A DNA stretch of 64,000 bases. It comes from a virus. This document shows positions 1 to 7,879 of the stretch, piece after piece. The stretch is from the IMG/VR virus record IMGVR_UViG_3300009678_001576, one strand, 5' to 3'. Every line of letters begins with the position of its first letter. The stretch's first letter is position 1. The position numbers and the translations under genes are program-made. Under the pieces are notes generated by a model. That model was not told the DNA's origin, did not search any database, and worked only from the letters and a program-made list of their open reading frames with translations.

Positions 1-243
1 GAACAATTTTCTAGTTTCTGAAGCAGTATCTGCAATGCGCAAAACTGGACGAGTTGCAGCAGAAGAGCCATCAGCAACGTAACCGTCAAGGACGTCAAAA
101 GCCGCCTTTTCAGTTGAGCTATTAACACGAACTGCCTCATCTAAAGTTCCTAACATGCCGCCAAGTAATAGCGACAAATCAGTTTCTAGAAAATCAAACT
201 GACCAATAGGTTGTACACCTGGTTGTAATAGATATAATGCCAT
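1..243 (-). CDS. Partial CDS running off the window edge; putative head decoration-like protein (MALYLLQPGVQPIGQFDFLETD...)
   Basis: Not in the ORF track. ATG at 243-241, GGAGG at 252-256, open for 81 codons to position 1. The N-terminus loosely resembles 6755..7447. It lies downstream of a candidate late promoter. Confidence 0.7.
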   Translation of the reverse strand, partial: MALYLLQPGVQPIGQFDFLETDLSLLLGGMLGTLDEAVRVNSSTEKAAFDVLDGYVADGSSAATRPVLRIADTASETRKLF

Positions 244-343
244 TATTTTATCCTCCGATAAAAGTTATTTTTATATTATGAGGATAATTCTCTTAGCAAA
301 ACATAGTTCGGCGTAGAGAACAACCTTTCAACTATATATATTA

Positions 344-354
344 TTATTAGTAGA
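344..354 (-). promoter_or_regulatory. Candidate phage late promoter motif TCTACTAATAA
   Basis: One of five intergenic minus-strand copies of TCTAYYAATAW found by eye. Confidence 0.5.
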
Positions 355-358
355 TCTT

Positions 359-2026
359 TTAGTACTCTTTCATCATTTCGTTTAGTTTTAGAAGGTCATT
401 ATATGAAATAACCGCCCCAGAAGCCGGATTTACCAATAAATTAATCATTTTAGTGTCGCCAGTCTTCCTATAATACTCATTTTCGAGTCTTTTCAGGGCA
501 TCTATGGTTGCCGAGTCTAATTTACCAGTCGTAGGTATATTTAAGAAGCTTTGGATTTTGGGTAGATCGCCACCAGTAATTGCCTGGTCTAAATCAACTC
601 CAGGTATCTTAACACCAGTCTTTAGCCCTAAGTCTATAGTTTTTTTGCTAAAATCTTCTGCCAAAGCCATTAAGTCTCGTCCTAATTGCTGGGCTTTAGC
701 TGGATCATTACTATTAGATACGACCACATCCCAGCGACTAAGGCTATTAATGATATTTGATACCTCATTCGATAATTGAGGCAGCTTATCTTGAACCGTA
801 GCAGGATTATCACCAAATTCATGTGATAGCTCAGCACTTAAAGTCTGAATTTTAGCCAAAGAGGCATTTACGCTATCGAATATTGGCTTGCCTTCGCCAC
901 CTACCTCTAGACTATTAACTTGAGCCGCCAATCTAGATGCATCTGAAGTTAATTGTTCTGGTGGATTGTCAGAGAACCAATTTAGAAGTCCGACAGCACC
1001 GACTGTTGATGCGCCTACGGCAGCTAAAGGTAATTTAAACTTTTGAGCTATTTCTTGCGGAGTAAGTCCTAATTTTTCTCTGGCTTTAACATCTGCTTTC
1101 ATTTTGCCAATAAGTTCACGAATTTTTGGACTTGGGCTTAAGCCAGGGGTCTCTAATTCTCTTATATAAGCTAAATTCTTTGGATTCTTAAGCCAAGATT
1201 CTTTAATAGGTGAGCCGTCGCCTAAACTTAATATGCGACCGTACTCTTTGATAAATCGTTTAGGGGCATCGAGATTTTGACTAGTAAGTTGTCCGGATAA
1301 TACTTGGTCTGAAATCTTTTTAACTTCATTCTTTATATTTCCATACCAACTAGTGAGGTCTTGCAATTCGGTCAATAGCGATTTGTCCATACCAGCAAAT
1401 TCAGCATTAAGATTATCTAAGTATTTGGTGGCAGCAACTATACCATCTTGTTGTAATATGTTATTTAACTCGTCCGTTTTCTTTTGTAGCGATCGTACGT
1501 AATCAAGTTTTTTGGCATTGTCAGCGCTTCTTTTTAGAAGGTCGTCCATTACGCCGCCATGGGTCATGCGGTCTCGTTGAATATCACTTAATTCCTTTTT
1601 CATTTTGTCTGACATCTTTTTAGAATTAACCAATATTCTTTCTCGTTGCGATAAGCTTTCTTCTAGTTCTTTAGCCTGTTGGAGTCTTTTGGTAAACATT
1701 CCACCAGCTTCGCCTAAGTTAGTTTCACTTCTTTTCAACTGTGACATCTGTTTAGTTATCTTGTCTCTGAATGGAGCAAGCTTTTCTCCAATAGACATTT
1801 GCATCGATTTAGGAGATTTTGCTAGTAGTTCGAATATATCATCGGTGGAATTGTCCCAACTATTAACAAGTTTCATAGCTTCTTGTGGAGGCATATAACC
1901 TCTCCACCATTTGCTGATGTTTGTTCCAGCAGATTCGCCAAGTTCGCCCAGCATTTTACCGGCCTTGGGAGCTATTTCCTCGACAGCCTTCATAATTTTA
2001 GGCCCGAGTTTCCCCAACCAGCCCAA
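359..2026 (-). CDS. Coiled-coil virion protein with a hydrophobic segment and a C-terminal peptidoglycan-binding-like motif; probably the C-terminal part of a -1 frameshift fusion with 2062..2511
   Basis: Has only a TTG start with no suitably spaced SD. The frame is open upstream to 2101. PG-binding-like LPKIQSFLNIPTTGKLDSATIDALKRLE at ~485-570 and hydrophobic LPLAAVGASTVGAVGLLNWF. Confidence 0.7.
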   Translation of the reverse strand: MGWLGKLGPKIMKAVEEIAPKAGKMLGELGESAGTNISKWWRGYMPPQEAMKLVNSWDNSTDDIFELLAKSPKSMQMSIGEKLAPFRDKITKQMSQLKRSETNLGEAGGMFTKRLQQAKELEESLSQRERILVNSKKMSDKMKKELSDIQRDRMTHGGVMDDLLKRSADNAKKLDYVRSLQKKTDELNNILQQDGIVAATKYLDNLNAEFAGMDKSLLTELQDLTSWYGNIKNEVKKISDQVLSGQLTSQNLDAPKRFIKEYGRILSLGDGSPIKESWLKNPKNLAYIRELETPGLSPSPKIRELIGKMKADVKAREKLGLTPQEIAQKFKLPLAAVGASTVGAVGLLNWFSDNPPEQLTSDASRLAAQVNSLEVGGEGKPIFDSVNASLAKIQTLSAELSHEFGDNPATVQDKLPQLSNEVSNIINSLSRWDVVVSNSNDPAKAQQLGRDLMALAEDFSKKTIDLGLKTGVKIPGVDLDQAITGGDLPKIQSFLNIPTTGKLDSATIDALKRLENEYYRKTGDTKMINLLVNPASGAVISYNDLLKLNEMMKEY

Positions 2027-2061
2027 AGGTATAGCTGTTTTATGTAAGGGACTTACCTCGT

Positions 2062-2511
2062 TTATTCGACGAGAGCCCCGTCGAAAGGGAGTTTCTCTAC
2101 ATCATCCAATAATTTTGTAGCAGCATCGGTAAGTAATTCTGCAGCTTTGTCTTCTCCATTAGCATCACAAGCATCAGCCATTTTAATTAAAGCACCAATT
2201 GCTGTAGCATAACGATGAACTAATGAGCCAGTGGGCATCTTATTTATGATTTCTATCATCTTCTTTTGATTTTCAATTTCGTTTTCTACAAGAGCGCCAT
2301 CGCCCTGGGATTCGGCAATATATACTGGTTCTGGGTGAGCAAGTTCCATAATATTCTTTTCAGGAGTCTTTAGACGTTTCTCTTCGATAGTTTTCTTATC
2401 TTCTTGGTAGGGATTTGGCGCAGGAGCAGCAGTCTTCTTTAATCCAAGAAGGTCGCCATCCTTAGCAATTTTAGCAAATTCCACCATAACATCAGAATTA
2501 TTCCAATCCAT
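2062..2511 (-). CDS. Scaffold-like leader protein (NSDVMVEFAKI leader, AHP..VE motif, helical tag)
   Basis: ORF track 149 aa; shares motifs with 5442..6230, 3110..4756 and the scaffold C-terminal region. Confidence 0.85.
   Translation of the reverse strand: MDWNNSDVMVEFAKIAKDGDLLGLKKTAAPAPNPYQEDKKTIEEKRLKTPEKNIMELAHPEPVYIAESQGDGALVENEIENQKKMIEIINKMPTGSLVHRYATAIGALIKMADACDANGEDKAAELLTDAATKLLDDVEKLPFDGALVE
2083..2089 (-). promoter_or_regulatory. Candidate -1 frameshift heptamer C CCT TTC
   Basis: Zero-frame CCT TTC re-pairs to CCC TTT, which is the frame of 359..2026. A downstream bulged stem GGGGC-T-CTCGT/ACGAG-GTAA-GTCCC can form. Confidence 0.6.
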
Positions 2512-2513
2512 AA

Positions 2514-3110
2514 TTAGCTCCTATTTTTATCTAGATTACCTAGTAGGTCAACAATATCACCCATATTTTGACCCTGAAACATTTCTTGAACGGCCTCTTG
2601 TCCAACTTCCTTAACCTTTTCTTTAGCGATTCCCTTTACCTTGTTATATATGTCGCCCGTACTAGAAGCCCCAAGTGCCATAGCAATAAACGCAAATGCT
2701 CTTAATATAAGACTTGTTATCATCTTGGCGAGCTTACCTGGGCCGCCGAATAGTCTAAAAATACCACCTAGGCCGGCAACCTTAATCATCTGTCCATTAT
2801 TATCTAATGCAGCTTTAGCCTCTAGCATACCCATAAACAAGTTATTTAGGTTATCAGCATCTTGCGGCGTAACATCACTCTTGGGACCTTTACCTAATTT
2901 CTTATCTAGCCAGGCACCAAAATCTTCTATGCCATAACCAAACCAAGAAGCAAATTTATCGATTAAGGTAAGTAATAGTCCACCAAATCCGGCAAATAAT
3001 ACAGGAGAATAGCTAATGAGCCTGAATAGATTTTCAAAAGGCCCTTCGCTGTCTCGCCATACAACCGAAACTGCTTTCAGTAAATCAGTGTTATCAGCTT
3101 GTCGTTTCAT
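2514..3110 (-). CDS. Hypothetical membrane-associated virion protein
   Basis: 198 aa with two hydrophobic segments (VLFAGFGGLLLTLI; ITSLILRAFAFIAMALGA) and an internal MIKVA motif. Confidence 0.8.
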   Translation of the reverse strand: MKRQADNTDLLKAVSVVWRDSEGPFENLFRLISYSPVLFAGFGGLLLTLIDKFASWFGYGIEDFGAWLDKKLGKGPKSDVTPQDADNLNNLFMGMLEAKAALDNNGQMIKVAGLGGIFRLFGGPGKLAKMITSLILRAFAFIAMALGASSTGDIYNKVKGIAKEKVKEVGQEAVQEMFQGQNMGDIVDLLGNLDKNRS

Positions 3111-4756
3111 TAGAATGAATAGCGCCCTTCTTTAAAATCGTCAGCAATTTCAGACCAACTCCAGTCTCTAGGTGCGCGTGCTCTATACTTTCTATAAATA
3201 TATTCACGCATAGCTTGTTCCGACATTCCCCTATCTTGTAGAAACATATATAAACTAACTTCGCGGCCCGACTTTGGATCGTTCATTATTATTGAGCGCA
3301 AACAAGCAGAAACTTCTTCTGGACTTGGATTCGCTTTGTTAGGATTACACATTACACCTTGAGTGGGGTCTTGTTGTGTTTGTAAATTAGCAGGTGCAGC
3401 AGTACCATCAGCAGAAACTACTTTCTGTAAATAAGAATACAATACCCTTACAGCATCGCTTACATTCTCAGGATTAGACATAACTTTAAAATCTACTATA
3501 GATTTTTCGTCTAAACCAGCATATTTTCTCAAATAGTCATCAAGCTCTGGAGATTTAGCAACCAAACCTGTAAATGCAGCAGCTGTATTAACACCATAAG
3601 CACCGTCTTCCTCTATTCTATCGATACCGGTTTTAAGTGCTATGTTAAGTCGATTTATCAATCTTTGTAAGAGCGTTACTTGTGGATTTTTACCAACCCT
3701 GCCACGAGTTGCACCAGGGGCCGCAGCAGATGGTGGTTCACTGGAGGTTCTAAATGCTCTCTTGGAAATATAAGGTTTGGCGCTAGCAGGCCTATTTCGT
3801 GATGGCTTTGCTTGTTGTTTTGCTTCCATTCTCTGTAAGCTATTTCTCATGCGATCTCGTAGAGCAACCATAGGAGTTACATACTGATTTATTTCTTCTT
3901 CAGTTGCTGATTCATTGATTACCTTATTTACGAAATTTCGCACAACCCTTTCGTCTATGTCGGTTTTTTCATAAATTGGCTTTTCACCAGATTGTTGTAC
4001 TCTGGCCTCAAGAGCGATAATATCCTTTGCTACATCTACCAAATCAACACCAGTTGCTTGACCCTTTTGGGCAATTAATTGTTGAGCAGCTTGTTGTGCT
4101 CGTTGTTTGATATCAGCAAGTTGCTGATTTATAGCAGCAGTAGTTTTAGTTAGAGCGTTTTCAAATTGTGTAATATCTCTTTCGTAAAAAGGATCTGTTA
4201 GCAAAGGCTTAACCTGCGGCCAAGTAAGAGCCATTTGATTCAAGTAAGTAGCTACTCTTTCAATATTTCCTAATTGTTGTCTAGCTTGATTTACGACTTC
4301 GCCAGGCTTATTTGGATCAGGAGCCATCTGTACTTGAAAATATGGAAGAAAGCTAGCAAGGTCCGTCTTCCACTTTTCAACTACGCTTTGAGCATCAGTA
4401 TCTTCATAATCTAGAGCTTCGATTCTTTCTAATAAATCCTTAACCCTATTGTCTGCGAGTCTAGTTCCCTGATAAATAGCAAACGCTACACCACCGGCTA
4501 ATAGTACCCATCCTATAGGGCCACCGGCGATTGCAGCTGCTGCACCAGCTGTTCCAGTTGCCGCGCCCGCACCAGTTAATCCACCGGCAACGCCAAAATA
4601 ACCTAAACCACCCATGAGCCCAACATCTGTTAAGGCAGTTAGACCAAGGCTGTTTGCGACATCTCCCCAGTCCCATGCTTCTTTTATCATAGGAGAGGAG
4701 TAGCCCATTATCTTGGCGTATTCCATCATTATTTCGCTATTTTCAAATTGAGACAT
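3110..4756 (-). CDS. Putative ejection or internal virion protein with a glycine-rich hydrophobic region and a peptidoglycan-binding-like domain
   Basis: NSEIMMEYAKI leader, MIKEA, Gly/Ala hydrophobic stretch at ~4470-4660, ISKRA at 3755-3769, PG-binding-like VTLLQRLIN..EEDGAYGVNTAAA at ~3575-3685. Confidence 0.75.
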   Translation of the reverse strand: MSQFENSEIMMEYAKIMGYSSPMIKEAWDWGDVANSLGLTALTDVGLMGGLGYFGVAGGLTGAGAATGTAGAAAAIAGGPIGWVLLAGGVAFAIYQGTRLADNRVKDLLERIEALDYEDTDAQSVVEKWKTDLASFLPYFQVQMAPDPNKPGEVVNQARQQLGNIERVATYLNQMALTWPQVKPLLTDPFYERDITQFENALTKTTAAINQQLADIKQRAQQAAQQLIAQKGQATGVDLVDVAKDIIALEARVQQSGEKPIYEKTDIDERVVRNFVNKVINESATEEEINQYVTPMVALRDRMRNSLQRMEAKQQAKPSRNRPASAKPYISKRAFRTSSEPPSAAAPGATRGRVGKNPQVTLLQRLINRLNIALKTGIDRIEEDGAYGVNTAAAFTGLVAKSPELDDYLRKYAGLDEKSIVDFKVMSNPENVSDAVRVLYSYLQKVVSADGTAAPANLQTQQDPTQGVMCNPNKANPSPEEVSACLRSIIMNDPKSGREVSLYMFLQDRGMSEQAMREYIYRKYRARAPRDWSWSEIADDFKEGRYSF

Positions 4757-5403
4757 TATCCAGCCCTTAGACTACGCACCACTTCTGGTGTTAGATTTGA
4801 ACGTAAGTTTTGTAATGCAATATTTCTTATATATTCGTCTCTGCTCTTATCATCTCTGAATTGAGTATTGCCAACATCAGCTACAGCTCTATCAACTTCC
4901 TGTTTCATTAACTGTTTTAATTGTGAAATGGCATTTACAGGAAGCTCTCGTACATTCTTAACTCCCATCATTTGCATAGCATGTGGGAATAAACTTAATT
5001 GAACTTGTTGTTTTACTGGCGCCCATAAATCGCCTCTTGGTGCAGCTGGCGCAGGAGCTTGTTGTTGGCCAGGCATCGGAGGCATTTCTCTATTTGCAGG
5101 TGTTGCTGGTTGCTTAGCAGCTTGCATTTGTTGATAAGCAGCCTTAGTAGCTGGGCCCCACACACCATCATCTTTTAAATAACCAGGCATTCCTGGCTTA
5201 AAACCGTGCTGTCTATTATATCTTCGTTGCCAATTTTGAACTGCTGTAGTCCCGCCGCGACCTAATCCAGTTTGTGCTGGTTTTTGGGTCTGTGGTGTTG
5301 CTGGTTGCACGGATTGTCGTGGCTCATATTCTGTTCCAGTAGGAACTGACATTGAAGCACCACTCGGATCTGTCATACCCACATCTTCACCAGGATAAGA
5401 CAT
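4756..5403 (-). CDS. Peptidoglycan-binding domain protein; probably the C-terminal part of a -1 fusion with 5442..6230
   Basis: VQNWQRRYN..LKDDGVWGPATKAA matches the PG_binding_1 pattern. The frame is open upstream through the A10 run. Confidence 0.75.
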   Translation of the reverse strand: MSYPGEDVGMTDPSGASMSVPTGTEYEPRQSVQPATPQTQKPAQTGLGRGGTTAVQNWQRRYNRQHGFKPGMPGYLKDDGVWGPATKAAYQQMQAAKQPATPANREMPPMPGQQQAPAPAAPRGDLWAPVKQQVQLSLFPHAMQMMGVKNVRELPVNAISQLKQLMKQEVDRAVADVGNTQFRDDKSRDEYIRNIALQNLRSNLTPEVVRSLRAG

Positions 5404-5441
5404 GCCGTATTCAGCACCCGCAGGCGGCTCCTCCGCAACAA

Positions 5442-6230
5442 CTATTCTTTTTTTTTTAACAGGTTATCCACCTGATTAGCATATTTCTTATAGCCTAACC
5501 TATCAAGGTCATCAGCCAATACAACTAAAACGTGGTTTAATACGTCTTCTGGAGTAGCAACCGCACGTATAATTTCCTTTAGACCATCTAATTTGTCTTT
5601 GTGGCCCATCTTGGCAAGCTTGGTATAAAGATTAACCATCGAAGCATATGTTCCCTTTGGCATTTTCTTAACAACCTCAAGGTCAGCCTTTTGTTGTTCA
5701 ACGATAGTCTCTACTAAATTATCTTTAGTTTTGCTATGAGTTAGCTCAGTTTTGGTTCCGCCACCTGGGTGTGCTTGGTTTACCAAGTCTTCACCAGTTT
5801 CGCCGGTGACATCATATTCTTTGCCTTCTTTGGCAGCCGTAACTACTTCATCACCCTCTACGCTGTTTCTTGATGGTGGCAATTGAGCAACCATAGTCTC
5901 AGCTTCTCCGGCATATTGTGGAGCTAGTAGCTTTGAGACTTGTACTTTGAACGCTGCTATTTCATTAGGATTTTTTGGAAATCGCCTAGAAAGATTAGCG
6001 ACACTTTGATTTATATGCTGATCTAATTCCTTTTTAGCTCGTTGATAGTCGCCCTTATATTTTTCCATTAACTTAGCAGAGAGTTCGTTCAATCGAACAG
6101 CCTCATCATATAAAGGATTTGCGGCCTCTTTTGTCATTTCATCGGAAGCAACTTTGACCAATCCCTGCTCCTGTGCTATACGAGCAAACTCTTTCAACAC
6201 AGTGCTCTCATCGAATTTTATATTTCTCAT
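5442..6230 (-). CDS. Scaffold-like leader protein (ESTVLKEFARI leader, AHPGG..VET motif, C-terminal helical tag)
   Basis: ORF track 262 aa with SD GGAGA; shares motifs with 2062..2511 and the scaffold. Confidence 0.85.
   Translation of the reverse strand: MRNIKFDESTVLKEFARIAQEQGLVKVASDEMTKEAANPLYDEAVRLNELSAKLMEKYKGDYQRAKKELDQHINQSVANLSRRFPKNPNEIAAFKVQVSKLLAPQYAGEAETMVAQLPPSRNSVEGDEVVTAAKEGKEYDVTGETGEDLVNQAHPGGGTKTELTHSKTKDNLVETIVEQQKADLEVVKKMPKGTYASMVNLYTKLAKMGHKDKLDGLKEIIRAVATPEDVLNHVLVVLADDLDRLGYKKYANQVDNLLKKKE
5448..5457 (-). promoter_or_regulatory. Candidate -1 frameshift or transcriptional slippage site (A10 run)
   Basis: TTA AAA AAA AAA GAA TAG. The -1 frame reads KKKRIVVAEEPPAGAEYG into the ATG at 5403. 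An SD-like AGGTG lies 11 nt upstream (5469-5473). Confidence 0.6.
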
Positions 6231-6242
6231 AGCAATCTCCTG

Positions 6243-6743
6243 TTATTTCTTCTCTGAAATATTTTCTTTCTTAAGTAGCGTCCCTTGCTCGGCAGCAACT
6301 TTAATATTTTTAGCGGCTTGTTCAATTATAAATGCAGTTTCGTGGTCGCCGTGGGCACCAGCAAAATATGCGATACTTTCTAATTTACTAATTACTTTTT
6401 CAGCAAGTTCCATTTGTGAATCCACAACTGGCTCTATTTGCGTTTCTTTCACTTCCTCAGCTTTAACTTCAGGAACTACAACTTCGGCGGTCTTGGCTTC
6501 TAGTAAGTCACCAGGAATTTTAGTCCCTTTTAAAGTGGCAAGTAATACCGAAACGCACTCTAGCATTTGATTTGGATCAGAATAATTATTAGCTACTTGA
6601 ATACCTTTTTCTATGAAGGCATCACAATCTGCCTTGGATAACAATTTGCTGGATACAATTCTATCACGCTCATCGTTAATAAGCGATAAGAATGATTTAA
6701 CAACAAATTGTCGGTCTCCCAAAAGCTCTTCTCTAATACTCAT
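6243..6743 (-). CDS. Hypothetical head-module protein with a divergent helical tag
   Basis: 166 aa, SD GGAGA; KLESIAYFAGAHGDHETAFIIE resembles the shared helix. Confidence 0.8.
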   Translation of the reverse strand: MSIREELLGDRQFVVKSFLSLINDERDRIVSSKLLSKADCDAFIEKGIQVANNYSDPNQMLECVSVLLATLKGTKIPGDLLEAKTAEVVVPEVKAEEVKETQIEPVVDSQMELAEKVISKLESIAYFAGAHGDHETAFIIEQAAKNIKVAAEQGTLLKKENISEKK

Positions 6744-6754
6744 TGTTTCTCCAA

Positions 6755-7447
6755 TTATAGCCAGATGAACTCTAAAGTTTCATTCAGGGCAGTTGGCGGC
6801 CCGGTCACCATCGCTACGCCTGGGTGAGTGGGCGTAGGTTGCCTGGTCGTTAATTGCCCGAGAGCGCTTACAAATAATACTGCATTTAAAGCATATCTCT
6901 GTGAGGTATCAAACTGATCCGTTTCATAAATACCTCTATGCACCCAAACAGTCATTCTTCCGCTACCAGCTGTTGTATTGTCGCCTGGTATGTTAGCTAT
7001 ACGATAGCTATAACTGACAACAATTCTGATGGTATCTGGAATCCCATCTCCATCTAAATCCTTGTTTAACAAGGTTCCAGCTTCAGCTGTTACTGCACCA
7101 TTAATATCATGCAATGAAATATTCTCGGTGTCAGTTGTAAAACTACTTCTTACTATACTAGCGTTATCCAATAACTGCATTACTGGGGTTGCAGAATAAT
7201 AATTGCCGTAAGCATCAGCTACACCAACGGCTGGAATATCCACTACCTCATCCACAACGGACTTGGTAAAGGCATTGGTATTGATATCGTCTATAACGCC
7301 AAATGGAGCTGTTCCATCTGAAACGCCGCAGACGATTTCATTACCCATTACTTTTAATTGCGCCACTTGTCCCGGCTGAAAGGTCGCTGTTGGATCTACC
7401 GGATAACTTACTGGCAGCGCATTTCCAATTTGAATTAAGCGCAACAT
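6755..7447 (-). CDS. Putative head decoration or structural protein
   Basis: 230 aa, beta-rich composition, located in the head module near the scaffold. It lacks the charged propeptide features of its neighbours. Confidence 0.55.
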   Translation of the reverse strand: MLRLIQIGNALPVSYPVDPTATFQPGQVAQLKVMGNEIVCGVSDGTAPFGVIDDINTNAFTKSVVDEVVDIPAVGVADAYGNYYSATPVMQLLDNASIVRSSFTTDTENISLHDINGAVTAEAGTLLNKDLDGDGIPDTIRIVVSYSYRIANIPGDNTTAGSGRMTVWVHRGIYETDQFDTSQRYALNAVLFVSALGQLTTRQPTPTHPGVAMVTGPPTALNETLEFIWL

Positions 7448-7475
7448 TATTTATCTTCCTCTTGGTAATGACCGA

Positions 7476-7865
7476 TTATTCTTCGTCGGTAGTAGTTTCA
7501 GTCTCTAGGTTTGTAACAAGTACGTTCAAAGCTTCGTCGACCAAACCAGAAGCTTCTGGGGCACCAGCAGCGTCTAATTCATCAGCAAGTTTTACCAACT
7601 CACCAACTACGCCAGCTAATACTTCAGCCTTCTTCTTCTTTTTCTTGGCCTTTGCTTTTGCTTTGTCAGCCTTCTCTTTTTCTTTTTCCTTGTCAGCCTT
7701 GGCCTTATCCTTTTCTTTCTTGGCCATTTCCTTGCACTTGCAGGGCTCTTTGCCGCACTCTTCGCATTTCTCGTCTTCTTTTTCCTTTTTGGCCGCAGTC
7801 TTATCTAAACCATTTCCCAATAGTTTGGATAGCTCAGCTACCATTTCGTCACCCATTCTAGACAT
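7476..7865 (-). CDS. Small Lys/Glu-rich head protein with helical tag
   Basis: ATG at 7865 is preferred over TTG 7871 because of AAGGAG spacing. LDKTA, CEECGKEPCKC, KEK-rich tract, ELVKLADELDAAGAPEASGLVD. Confidence 0.8.
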   Translation of the reverse strand: MSRMGDEMVAELSKLLGNGLDKTAAKKEKEDEKCEECGKEPCKCKEMAKKEKDKAKADKEKEKEKADKAKAKAKKKKKKAEVLAGVVGELVKLADELDAAGAPEASGLVDEALNVLVTNLETETTTDEE

Positions 7866-7879
7866 GTTCAAGCTCCTTA

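Noticed and set aside
5442-5444. Stop-codon reassignment or TAG readthrough
   Set aside because: TAG and TGA terminate genes with coupled downstream starts (for example 34333 and 45200), long ORFs are intact under code 11, and readthrough at 5442 meets a TGA soon after without joining the next ORF.
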